Shown in pieces: positions 7,859-17,403 of a DNA stretch of 64,000 nt; position 1 is the stretch's first letter; each line of letters begins with the position of its first letter. Source of the stretch: Candidatus Obscuribacteraceae bacterium (GTDB lineage: Bacteria; Cyanobacteriota; Vampirovibrionia; Obscuribacterales; Obscuribacteraceae); the NCBI GenBank assembly GCA_044229845.1, contig JBGASG010000003.1, positions 192,001 to 256,000 of the forward strand. The letters are read 5' to 3'. The translations under genes and the position numbers were made by a program. The notes below the pieces were generated by a model, which was not told the origin of the DNA, searched no databases, and was given only the letters and a program-made list of their open reading frames with translations.

Positions 7859-10800
7859 ATGACGAACGGGTTTACAGAGTTGTCACGCAGGTGGGTTCAC
7901 CTGGTCTGCACTGCGGTGCTGTTTCTCCAGTACAGCTGCTTGCCGCTGGCAGTCAGCGCGCAAAGCGATGCCGCGATGGTGGACGCAGTGCCGGTCGAGA
8001 CGCAAGCAGCGGATATCAAACCGGACACGCCGCCCGCTCCGCCAGCGCAGGACGCACCGGCATCTACTGCTCCAGCCGCATCCACTGCTCCAGCCGCATC
8101 CACGACACCGACGGCAACCACTACCCCCGCCGCAGCCGCGCCGGCCGCCACAACCACTCCGGCTGCCGCAGCCACGCCGGCCGCGCACGTCCCTGGGCAT
8201 CCGGAAGAGTTCGTGCTGCCAAACGGGCTGAAGGTCCTGATCGTCGAAGACCACGCCTACCCGGTCGTCTGCTGTCTGATGTGGTATCGAGTCGGTTCGC
8301 GGTACGAGCGGTTTGGCTCAACCGGACTCAGCCACCTGACCGAACACTTGATGTACAAAAACGTAGGCAGCTTCAAGTCAGGCGAGATCGGAGCCAGCAT
8401 TGCTCGCATTGGCGGTCAGTTTAACGGTTACACCAGCGACGACTTCACTGCGTTTTTCGAAACGCTGCCGACAAGCAAGCTGGAATTGGCTCTCAAAATA
8501 GAATCAGAGCGGATGCGCGGTGCGACGTTCACCGACGCAGACGTCAACGAAGAAATTGGCAACATTCAAAACGAGTTTGAACGCGAATCAAAAGACGCGA
8601 TGACCGTCCTGTCCAATGAAGTCCGCGCTGCGTTGTTTCAGCAGCACCCTTATCACAATCCCACCATGGGTTGGCGCAATGACGTGGAGAACCTCACAGC
8701 CCAGCAAGTGAAGCTGTTCTACGACCGACACTTCTGGCCCAACAACGCCACGCTCGTTCTAGTCGGCGACGTCAGTTCCAAAACAGCACTGCAGGCAGTG
8801 CAGAAGTACTTTGCGAACGTGCCCCGGTCCCCACAACCAATGCGCGAAGTTAAGGTTTTAGAGCCGATTCAACACGGCGAACGCCGAATTACCGTCAAGC
8901 ATCCCGGCAAACAGGAAATTCTCCAGGTGGCTTTCCATGCACCATCCCTGTCGGAGACTGATGCCCCCGCCATGGTCGTCCTCGAGAAATTGCTGAACAC
9001 ATCTCTTTCCGGGCGACTCAAGACCAAATTGGTAGACAGCAAAGTTTGCGCCACGGCTCAGGCTTCCTTCGAAACGAAGAAGGACCCGAGTGCCTTCAAT
9101 ATTACCTGCATAGCCATTCCCGCCACCGCAAACGCCCAGCAAAAGATGATCGAAGGTCTTGATGTCATGCTGAACCAGCTCAAGACGCAGCCGATTGCGG
9201 ACGGTGAACTGCGGCGCGCGCGCAATCAGGCAGAAGTCGCATTTTATACAGAGCGCGACGGTCCCTACCGCACCGGCTTCCACCTGGGATATTTTGAGAC
9301 GCTGGCGGGCTGGCAGAATGCCTACACCTGGCCGGAGCGGATGCGCACCGTGACCGCCGCCGACATTCAGCGCGTCGCCAAGAAATATCTGCATCCGGAC
9401 AATCGAGTTGTCGCCTGGCTGGCTGGACAATCCGCACCCAAAGCGCCAGTCAAACCGCCTGATGCTAAGGATGAGAAGCCGCCAACCAACAAGTTCGACC
9501 ATGTGAAAGTGACCGGCTACAAGACCGACGATGAAGCAGTCGGTCCCGGCTCCGATTCTACTAACTCGAAATCGGTTACCTCAAAAGTGACGTCCGCGGC
9601 CGCCAGTGGCGTTGGCAACACCGTTTCCACCGCCGGCAAAGCGGTCGGAACGACCGTTTCTACCGCCGGCAAAGCAGTGGGTTCGACCGTCAGCACCGCC
9701 GGCAAAGCAGTAGGAACTACCGTCAGCACCGCCGGCAAGGTAGTAGGTACGACTGTCTCGACTGCTGGACAGGCAGTTGAGACTACGTTGAACACCGCCG
9801 AAAAGGCAGTTTCCACCACTGCCACCGCCATCGGTGCTATCGTCAGCACCCCGGCAGGCATTGGCACCAAGCTGTTGAGGGCTGCCACACCGGACGGAAA
9901 GAGCCCCGACAATTTCGCCCAGCGCGTCGAGAAGCGGACACTGAAGAACGGCATGACGCTGCTCGTTTACGAATCGCATCTGAGCCCGATCGTCCAGATA
10001 TCGGGGCTGGTCAAGGCCGGCGAAGCGTACGAACCGCATGGCCGACGTGGACTGGCATCGCTGGCCTGCTATCTAATGAATCAAGGTTCGACCAAGCGTA
10101 CGCGACAGCAACTGCTACAGCAGCAAGAAGACCTCGGGCTCTCGGCGAACCAGATGCTCACCTTTGAAGAAGAGTTGCAAACTATCGGTTTTCAGGCTCG
10201 TTGCCTCTCGCGCGATTTGCCGACCGAACTGGACATCGTGGGCGACTCGCTGATCAACCCGCCACTATCCGACGACGATATCGAAAGCGCCCAACAGGCA
10301 ATGCCCGGTGTTTTGAAACGCTCGGAGAATCAATCTGACCGCGTCGAGCGCGTTATGCTGCAGAGCTTACTCGCCAACACCTGCGCCTATCGCCCCGCTG
10401 ATCCAATGGAAAAAGCACGCACCATCGGCGGCGCCACACCCGCTGACGTACAGAAGTACTTCGCCAACAACATCGTGCCCGGAGGCACCACTATTGTCAT
10501 CGCCGGTGATATCAGTGCAGACCAGGCAGTAAATCTGGCGGAACGCTCATTCGGACGCTGGTCGGCAAAGGCTGCGCGCCCGAAATTGACCACCCAGCCG
10601 GCTCAGCATCGGGTTCTCAAAACTTCGGTGCCAGTCGCCAGCAAAGCTCGGCATACGGTCTGTTTCGGTCAGTTGGTTCCGATAACGCCCGCGCACCACG
10701 ATTACGGCAGCTTCTTGATCGCTGATTCCGTGTTGGACAATCATCCGATAATATCGCGCATCGCCCGACGATTGAGCAGCGAGCCAAATCTGGCTACTGC

Positions 10801-11239
10801 TCTCAATGAAGACGGCGTAGAGACGAGACTGGAGCCGATCACTCATTACACAATCTGGTCGGTGATCGCTTCTGTGGAACCGAATGCAGTACCGACGGCG
10901 GTGCGAGCGCTACAGGAAGAATTGCGGACGATTGCCAAAACCGGCATCACACCTGATGAGTGCGCTGAAGTAAAACGCTATCTGCTGGGCTCGATTCCGG
11001 TTCGCAAGTTCGCTACACTGTCCAGCGTGGCGCGCACCGCGCTCAACTCCAGCCTGCACGAAGATGATCCGAATGGATATTTATCAGCCATGGACAGCGT
11101 GCGCTCTGCCAGCGCCGAATCCGTTAATAAGATCATTCGCGGGTCATTTAAGCCCGATCAGTGCACCCTGGTGGTGGCCGGTAATGCCCAAACGATTCGC
11201 GCGGCACGTAGTCAAGCGCAAACAAACACCTCTCGATAA
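7859..11239 (+). CDS. M16 (insulinase/pitrilysin family) zinc peptidase with two fused halves, exported
   Basis: LPNGLKV, GLSHLTEH (HxxEH), NGYTSDD and HPY.NPT.GW motifs. The second half (LKNGMTL) lacks HxxEH. Signal-like N-terminus. Start uncertain (7841 or 7859). Confidence 0.9.
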   Translation: MTNGFTELSRRWVHLVCTAVLFLQYSCLPLAVSAQSDAAMVDAVPVETQAADIKPDTPPAPPAQDAPASTAPAASTAPAASTTPTATTTPAAAAPAATTTPAAAATPAAHVPGHPEEFVLPNGLKVLIVEDHAYPVVCCLMWYRVGSRYERFGSTGLSHLTEHLMYKNVGSFKSGEIGASIARIGGQFNGYTSDDFTAFFETLPTSKLELALKIESERMRGATFTDADVNEEIGNIQNEFERESKDAMTVLSNEVRAALFQQHPYHNPTMGWRNDVENLTAQQVKLFYDRHFWPNNATLVLVGDVSSKTALQAVQKYFANVPRSPQPMREVKVLEPIQHGERRITVKHPGKQEILQVAFHAPSLSETDAPAMVVLEKLLNTSLSGRLKTKLVDSKVCATAQASFETKKDPSAFNITCIAIPATANAQQKMIEGLDVMLNQLKTQPIADGELRRARNQAEVAFYTERDGPYRTGFHLGYFETLAGWQNAYTWPERMRTVTAADIQRVAKKYLHPDNRVVAWLAGQSAPKAPVKPPDAKDEKPPTNKFDHVKVTGYKTDDEAVGPGSDSTNSKSVTSKVTSAAASGVGNTVSTAGKAVGTTVSTAGKAVGSTVSTAGKAVGTTVSTAGKVVGTTVSTAGQAVETTLNTAEKAVSTTATAIGAIVSTPAGIGTKLLRAATPDGKSPDNFAQRVEKRTLKNGMTLLVYESHLSPIVQISGLVKAGEAYEPHGRRGLASLACYLMNQGSTKRTRQQLLQQQEDLGLSANQMLTFEEELQTIGFQARCLSRDLPTELDIVGDSLINPPLSDDDIESAQQAMPGVLKRSENQSDRVERVMLQSLLANTCAYRPADPMEKARTIGGATPADVQKYFANNIVPGGTTIVIAGDISADQAVNLAERSFGRWSAKAARPKLTTQPAQHRVLKTSVPVASKARHTVCFGQLVPITPAHHDYGSFLIADSVLDNHPIISRIARRLSSEPNLATALNEDGVETRLEPITHYTIWSVIASVEPNAVPTAVRALQEELRTIAKTGITPDECAEVKRYLLGSIPVRKFATLSSVARTALNSSLHEDDPNGYLSAMDSVRSASAESVNKIIRGSFKPDQCTLVVAGNAQTIRAARSQAQTNTSR
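9617..9820 (+). repeat. 33-bp (11-aa) tandem repeat TTVSTAGKAVG, about 6 copies, in the M16 linker
   Basis: Translation reads NTVSTAGKAVG-TTVSTAGKAVG-STVSTAGKAVG-TTVSTAGKVVG-TTVSTAGQAVE-TTLNTAEKAVS. Confidence 0.9.
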
Positions 11240-11583
11240 CCTCTCTTGACAAAGAGAAATTTACAAACAGGCTAACGAAAAATATATGCGCCCCATTGGT
11301 GGTGCATGAGTGGTGCATATTCGAGATCGTTGTCAAACAACATCAAGATCGGCATCAGTACTGGGTTGCAGCAAACCTTGTCGACAGAGTACGAAAAAAG
11401 CACTGCCAAAAAGCCGCATAAGTCCCGTAAACTCAGCTGTTACAGCCTTTTCGCGGGTTGTCAATTAATTAATCTAACTAGCTAAAACAGCCAATATGGC
11501 TCAAACTATAATGGCGTTCATTGGCATTAAATCGCACGCGTCTGTGCGAAAGTTCCTGAAGTTCTCACGGAGAAAAATCCACG

Positions 11584-12276
11584 TTGATTAGCGAACGAGA
11601 GAAACTAGAATACGAATCCCTCCCCGAGTTCGTGCGCGAGCCTCGCGTCACCCCTCGTGATTCGTACGCTGCTGCAAAAGCGACTGCGCCACAGCAAGCG
11701 ACAAAAACTACATCTCCATATACTGCAGAATTTGAAAAACCGCTGCCCAAAGCAGCAGAACTGGAAGTGCTGTGGCCCGGCGTTGGCGCCGATTTCATCC
11801 ACAGCAGCCGCCGCGGTCCCAGCTTCTATTTGATGCTTGGCTTCATGGGCGGTGCCGTTGCTTCCTTGATTGCTGTCTTCAGCTTCTCTGTCGTCACCGG
11901 CATGGTCGCTCACTCGCCCGCCGATAAGGGCATTGTGGTCGCCCAGGGCAACACCTCCAGCACGTCGCAAATGCGCAGCGGCTTCACCACCGCCGGCGGC
12001 ACGAACAACTCACCGGCAACGACACAACCAGGTGTCACCACCATTAGTGGCGCCGCCGATGTTGTTTTGCCCTCCGTCTCCACCTACGAAGTGAAGACCG
12101 GCGACACCCTGGCCGGCATTGCGCTTCAGACCTACAAGCGTGCCACGCCGCGGCTTCTCGATGAGATCTGCCGCGCCAACGGCATGCGCAATGCCGACGT
12201 GCTCAGCCTGGGACAAAAGCTGGTCCTGCCTGAGTATCACCCACAACAAGTTGCCAACACTGGCACCATCAACTAA
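11584..12276 (+). CDS. membrane-anchored LysM domain protein
   Basis: One TM helix (FYLMLGFMGGAVASLIAVFSF) and a C-terminal YEVKTGDTLAGIA...ICRANGM...LSLGQKLVLP LysM. Confidence 0.88.
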   Translation: MISEREKLEYESLPEFVREPRVTPRDSYAAAKATAPQQATKTTSPYTAEFEKPLPKAAELEVLWPGVGADFIHSSRRGPSFYLMLGFMGGAVASLIAVFSFSVVTGMVAHSPADKGIVVAQGNTSSTSQMRSGFTTAGGTNNSPATTQPGVTTISGAADVVLPSVSTYEVKTGDTLAGIALQTYKRATPRLLDEICRANGMRNADVLSLGQKLVLPEYHPQQVANTGTIN

Positions 12277-12287
12277 TAATCGGTGCA

Positions 12288-14237
12288 GTGGAAAACATAA
12301 AGCCTAGCGTGGAAGACGTCTTTGCACGTCTGTCCGAATATTTTCCTGCGTACGAACACCGCCCGCAGCAGATTGAGTTTGCGCTGGCAGTCGAGCGATC
12401 CATCAAAACCGGCAAGCCTGGCATATTTGAAGCCGGCACGGGCACCGGCAAGACGCTCGCTGCCATGATTCCCTGTGCCCTCTCGGGGAAGAAGGTGGTA
12501 ATCTCCAGTGCCACCATATCTTTGCAGGAACAATACATCCACAAAGATATTCCGACACTACAGGCGATACTACCCTTCGATATCAAAGCGGTGTTATTGA
12601 AAGGGCGCGGTAATTATCTAGGCTTGCGGCGGTATCACGAACACGTCATGGAGCAAGAACTGGATCCTCGCATTCCAGCTTGGGCTGCAGCCACTACAAC
12701 CGGTGATGTGGCGGAACTCGACTTTGTGCCGACAGCCGAGCAATGGACGGAAATAAATTCCGATTCCGACGACTGTCTGCGCCATAAGTGTCCAAGCTTC
12801 AACGAATGCCACTACTTCAAAGCCAAGAAAGAAGCAGAACAAGCCGACATTCTGGTCGTCAACCACGCGCTGCTTCTGATCGATGCCATCAGCGGCGGCA
12901 ATGTCTTGCCCAAATACGACATTCTGGTCATCGACGAGGCTCACCAGCTGCCCGAAATTGCCACCAAGGCATTCAGTGTCGCCATGAGCAATCGCGGCAT
13001 TCAGGTGTTCTGCACGCGCGCACTGAAAAACGTCAATGCACCTGCCTACCTTGTGCACAATGTCGAAGAGCTGGGGATGGAGTTCTTCCAGCGCCTTGCA
13101 TACGCATGCAACGGCCAGCGCACGAGATTGCGCAAACCAGTCGAGGGTATATCCGAATTACATGCGGCTCTGGTGGCGCTTGAAGAATGGCTGGAGAAAC
13201 AAGAGTTCACCGACGTTCTCGAAGTCGACAATCAACGCGAGAAAGCCAAACTGAAAGCAAAGAAACTGCTGTCTACGGTCAGCAGCTATATCGAATGCCT
13301 GGACCTTCTCAGCACCAGCAACCCTGACTGGGTGTTCTGGGTGGACAAGCAGGAAGGCTTCAAAGCGCGTGTGGAGTTAGTTGGCGCGCCACTGGCGATT
13401 GATAGATTTCTCAACGACCATATATTCCACAAAGAAGATCTGCAGACTTCAATCTGGATGTCCGCCACGCTTGCCACTGCCGGCAGTGATCCGTTCCGCT
13501 TCTTTAAAACACAGATCGGCGCACCCAATGGTGTCATTCAGGCCAAGATTGCCAGTCCGTTCGACTACAAACAGCAATCAGTTTTATATCTACCGCGCAA
13601 TCTTCCGGAGCCGAATACACGCGATTTCACCTGGCAGGCTTGCGAGGAAATCAACAACCTTTTGCACATAAGCAATGGGCGCGCATTCGTGCTCTTCACG
13701 AGCTACAACGCGATGAATGCCACTTACGATGCACTGCAGCAGCGCATTCCATTCGAGTGTAAGAAACAGGGAGAAATGCCGCGGAAGAAACTCATCGAAT
13801 GGTTTCGTTCCACTCCTAATGCGGTTCTCTTCGCTACGGCCAGTTTCTGGGAAGGCGTTTCGGTCGACGGCGAGCAGCTCAGCTGCGTAATCATCGATCG
13901 CATCCCGTTCCAATCGCCGGACGATCCAGTTTACGAGGCTCGTTGCGAGCTGATGCAGCAAGATCAAGAACGCAGTTGGTTCAATGATCTGGCTCTGCCT
14001 TATGCCATCATGCGACTGAAGCAGGGCGTGGGACGCCTGATTCGAACACGCTCAGACCGCGGAATTGTGGCTATTCTCGACCCTCGCATTACACAGAAAC
14101 GATATGGACGCACCATCCTCGATTCGCTTCCGCCGATGCGTGTTACGCAGGATATCAAGCAATCGAAGTCGGTGGACGATATTCTTGCCATAGGATATCC
14201 AAACGCAATAAAAAGCCCGACAAATCTCCCACATTAA
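12288..14237 (+). CDS. dinG: DinG/YoaA family ATP-dependent DNA helicase
   Basis: Q motif RPQQ, EAGTGTGKT, DEAH, SATL, LFTSY, FWEGV and QGVGRLIR. Confidence 0.92.
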   Translation: MENIKPSVEDVFARLSEYFPAYEHRPQQIEFALAVERSIKTGKPGIFEAGTGTGKTLAAMIPCALSGKKVVISSATISLQEQYIHKDIPTLQAILPFDIKAVLLKGRGNYLGLRRYHEHVMEQELDPRIPAWAAATTTGDVAELDFVPTAEQWTEINSDSDDCLRHKCPSFNECHYFKAKKEAEQADILVVNHALLLIDAISGGNVLPKYDILVIDEAHQLPEIATKAFSVAMSNRGIQVFCTRALKNVNAPAYLVHNVEELGMEFFQRLAYACNGQRTRLRKPVEGISELHAALVALEEWLEKQEFTDVLEVDNQREKAKLKAKKLLSTVSSYIECLDLLSTSNPDWVFWVDKQEGFKARVELVGAPLAIDRFLNDHIFHKEDLQTSIWMSATLATAGSDPFRFFKTQIGAPNGVIQAKIASPFDYKQQSVLYLPRNLPEPNTRDFTWQACEEINNLLHISNGRAFVLFTSYNAMNATYDALQQRIPFECKKQGEMPRKKLIEWFRSTPNAVLFATASFWEGVSVDGEQLSCVIIDRIPFQSPDDPVYEARCELMQQDQERSWFNDLALPYAIMRLKQGVGRLIRTRSDRGIVAILDPRITQKRYGRTILDSLPPMRVTQDIKQSKSVDDILAIGYPNAIKSPTNLPH

Positions 14238-14301
14238 GGGAGTTGTTGTCGCCCACGACGATTTTCCAGAACACGCGAAAAACGTCAGCTGATCGCGTGC
14301 G

Positions 14302-14766
14302 TTAAACTCCCTCTTCCTCGGCATCTACGACGGCGGCAGACGGCTCGTCTTGCCGGATCAACACCAGATTTACGGGGCAGTGGTCCACCAGATAGTGCAC
14401 GATCGGGTCGCGCGCCATCAAAAATCTCGGCTTAGCCTGAAAATTCATCGTGCCCACGAAGAGCATGTCGATCTCCATTTCTGTGGCGGCTTTGACAATG
14501 CCCGGACCGACCTCACCCACTTTTACAGCGCCCGAGGCTTTGACTCCCTCGCCCTGTAACTGGCCGACCACCATGTTGATCTGCTCTTGGGCCTTTTCAA
14601 CAGGACGATCTGTAGCAATTAACTGGGCGACAATACCCACCTTTTCAGCATCAGGAATGACGCGCAGCAGAACCACCTCGGCGCCCAGCGCCTTTGCCTG
14701 GCGAGCCGCAGCTTCAACAGTCCTGGCGCTGCGTTTGGGGCTACTGAAAGCGACCATGAAACGCAT
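14302..14766 (-). CDS. universal stress protein (Usp domain)
   Basis: MRFMVAFS start, VVLLRV, G..GPGIV..A.....DMLFVG and LVDHCPVNLVLIR Usp pattern. Confidence 0.85.
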   Translation of the reverse strand: MRFMVAFSSPKRSARTVEAAARQAKALGAEVVLLRVIPDAEKVGIVAQLIATDRPVEKAQEQINMVVGQLQGEGVKASGAVKVGEVGPGIVKAATEMEIDMLFVGTMNFQAKPRFLMARDPIVHYLVDHCPVNLVLIRQDEPSAAVVDAEEEGV

Positions 14767-14788
14767 CTTTTCTAAGCCTCCTCAGCCA

Positions 14789-15838
14789 TTAGCCGTGCCA
14801 GATCAGTCGCAGTACAAAATAGCAGACTGCAGCAATAGTTGCCGCAACCGGCAAGGTCAATACCCAGGCCAGCAGGATCAAGTTGAGGGTCTTGGTGTTC
14901 AGTTTTTCCCTGCCGTACATGGGCAAGGTGCCACCCGCCACGGCAGAGCTGAGCGTGTGTGTGGTGCTGATTGGGGCACCGACGTGTGAAGCCACCAGAA
15001 TAATAATCGCAGTCGCCATCGAGGCACCGAAGCCCTGGGAGTGACTGAGACGCTCACGACTGATCTTGGTGCCGACAGTGCGGATCACTCGCCAGCCGCC
15101 GATCACAGTGCCTGCCGCAATCGCGGCCGCTGCCGACAGCATCACCCAGAGCGGCACCTTATCGTGAGTGTATCCATACGCGGCAAAGTGCGTCGCCAGG
15201 ATCAACGTGATGATGCCCATGGTCTTTTGACCATCATTGCTTCCATGGCTAAAACTCACGGAACCACTGCTCAGAACGTGCAGCCAGCGCATAAATCTGG
15301 GGTGAAGTTGATGACTGCTACCGGGGTTTTCCTTTTCTTTGGAGTAAAGCAATGCCAGCCAGGTCAGCAGCGCACCGCCGAGGAAACCAGTTACCGGAGA
15401 AATCAAAAGGGCTAATCCAACCTTACTGAGCTCGTGCCAATCGACTCCATTAAAGTCATTGGCCGCTACCCCGGCACCACATAAAGCGCCAATCAGGCAG
15501 TGCGACGAGCTGACCGGCAAGCCATACCACCAGGTGAGAAGATTCCAGATAACCGCAGCCAGCAACACACTGACGACGATCGTCAATGTCACTTTGTCCT
15601 GCGGAATTATTTTGGTAATCGACTGGGCAACCGCGGTGCCCACCAGGACGGCGCCCAAAAGATTGAGAAATCCGCTCATCATGATGGCTACGTTTGGCTT
15701 GAGCGCTTTGGTATAGATGACGGTGGCTACAGCGTTCGCCGTGTCATGAAAACCGTTAACGAAGTCAAAACCCAGAGCGAGAATGATGGCGACGACGGCA
15801 ACGAAAGTGTCGATTGTGAAAGCCAAATTGCAGTCCAT
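14789..15838 (-). CDS. pit: inorganic phosphate transporter (PiT family)
   Basis: NGFHDTANAVAT, PVSSSH, HGSNDGQKTMG and PISTTH signatures. Confidence 0.93.
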   Translation of the reverse strand: MDCNLAFTIDTFVAVVAIILALGFDFVNGFHDTANAVATVIYTKALKPNVAIMMSGFLNLLGAVLVGTAVAQSITKIIPQDKVTLTIVVSVLLAAVIWNLLTWWYGLPVSSSHCLIGALCGAGVAANDFNGVDWHELSKVGLALLISPVTGFLGGALLTWLALLYSKEKENPGSSHQLHPRFMRWLHVLSSGSVSFSHGSNDGQKTMGIITLILATHFAAYGYTHDKVPLWVMLSAAAAIAAGTVIGGWRVIRTVGTKISRERLSHSQGFGASMATAIIILVASHVGAPISTTHTLSSAVAGGTLPMYGREKLNTKTLNLILLAWVLTLPVAATIAAVCYFVLRLIWHG

Positions 15839-15942
15839 TCCTATAGTGGAACTACTACGTCGATAGGCGAAGTTTACCTATGTGCGCAGTATAGGTGCAG
15901 CAGCACTAAGGAGTGGTTATGAGGAGCGAATCTGCTTAAAAC

Positions 15943-16251
15943 TTAGACAACTTCGCGAGCTTCAACTGCTTCCAAGAAGTTGGGGTCGGTATAGGTCCAC
16001 AAATCGCCCTGTCTCCAGGGCAGTTCCTGCCGGACGAGATATTTGAATACGAGAAGCTGGCGGATGATACGGCGAGCACTGGGATTATTATCGCCACGCT
16101 TATCGTTAGCTAATCTTGTCCGCAGTTGAATGGCTTCCCGCTTCGACCAGCAGTACGCCGGTCCAGGGTTGTTGCCGCGCGAACGGCACAGTATAGCTAC
16201 TTTTCCTGATGGCTGCGGCCAACCGAGCACGAAGTATTGGTCATCCGACAT
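15943..16251 (-). CDS. hypothetical protein
   Basis: 102-aa ORF with globular-looking composition, co-oriented with pit. Confidence 0.65.
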   Translation of the reverse strand: MSDDQYFVLGWPQPSGKVAILCRSRGNNPGPAYCWSKREAIQLRTRLANDKRGDNNPSARRIIRQLLVFKYLVRQELPWRQGDLWTYTDPNFLEAVEAREVV

Positions 16252-16437
16252 ATATGCTATCCGTCACCTTGTACCGATTTGTTTATATCAACGGAAATGC
16301 GCATCAGGCGCGCGTCTCTGCAACATGGTTCATTATGCAACCTATTGAGAAATCTGGCAATTGGCGGGCGGCCGCCGTATAGTCTGCGCATGGCGCGTGG
16401 CGTAAGGCACGCCAGGTTGTGTGAGGTATCGATTAGA

Positions 16438-17403
16438 TTGCAAGTGGTTATATACCATCCAGCGGCAATCGGTGACGTTTTACTGGCGACACCCGTCGCA
16501 CTGGCTCTGAAGCAGTACTTTGTTGATTGCCGAATCACACACGTGACGCATGCATCACTTTTTCCGCTGCTCGCCTGTTGTCCTTACATAGATGAGCTGG
16601 CGCCGGTTTCCGGCGGTCTGCTGGAGCGGCACAAAACAGTTTCTTCCTTTAAACCAGACCGCGTCGTCGATCTGTCTGGGTCTCTGAAGAGTCGCATCGT
16701 CACGTTTGCCAATGCACCAGATACGGTGCACTACAAGAAAGAAGCGAAAGCCGCACCGCCGATGATGCACGCCGTGGAGAACTTCCTGCAGACTCTGTCC
16801 GATTGGGGCGTGCCGACGCCGCAGCCGGCGTTTCCTACCCTGCCCGGATATCGCTTGCCGCCATCACCGTTGCCGGTGGCAGCGGAGACCATCGCTCTGG
16901 TTCCCGGTGTCGGCAACTTGCGCCCGCACCGCGCCTGGTCGAAAGCAAAGTGGATCGCTTTAGGTCAGAAGATCATTTCCGAGTTAGAGCGCCCGGTGAT
17001 TTTGATTGGCGGCGAAGCCGAGAGAAATCTGTGCGATGGCATTGCATCACAACTGGGCAGCGGTTGCACCAATGCTTCCGGACGTTTGAGCCTGCCGGAG
17101 AGCGCCGCCGCCATCTCGGCTTGCGACATGCTGATCTCAGGCGATACCGGTCCGGCTCACCTGGCGGTTGCAGTCGGAACGAAAGTAATCGGACTGTATG
17201 GACCGACTTTCGCCGAGCGAAGTGGTCCCTACGGGCCAACCAACCGAGTCATCAGCGTCTCACATGAATGCGAGTGCAAACAACTCAAGCAGTGTAGATT
17301 CAAACTAGAAGACGGGCGCTGTATGGACCAGATTACCTACGAAGCAGTCTACGAGCTTCTGCTCACGGCGTCCGGCGAGACGGTCGCGAAGTCGATGCAA
17401 TAG
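16438..17403 (+). CDS. glycosyltransferase family 9 (heptosyltransferase-like)
   Basis: AIGDVLLATP, HAVE, DTGPAHLAVAVG and LYGPT motifs. Start estimated at TTG 16438 after GAGGT. Confidence 0.88.
   Translation: MQVVIYHPAAIGDVLLATPVALALKQYFVDCRITHVTHASLFPLLACCPYIDELAPVSGGLLERHKTVSSFKPDRVVDLSGSLKSRIVTFANAPDTVHYKKEAKAAPPMMHAVENFLQTLSDWGVPTPQPAFPTLPGYRLPPSPLPVAAETIALVPGVGNLRPHRAWSKAKWIALGQKIISELERPVILIGGEAERNLCDGIASQLGSGCTNASGRLSLPESAAAISACDMLISGDTGPAHLAVAVGTKVIGLYGPTFAERSGPYGPTNRVISVSHECECKQLKQCRFKLEDGRCMDQITYEAVYELLLTASGETVAKSMQ

Noticed and set aside
11240..11583. Possible ncRNA in the 340-bp gap before the LysM gene
   Set aside because: Only promoter-like AT-rich elements and a weak inverted repeat were seen, with no recognisable RNA family motif.
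17349..17403. 55-bp convergent overlap of the GT9 gene and paralog A as a sign of frameshift
   Set aside because: Both proteins are complete at their C-termini, and short convergent overlaps are common.
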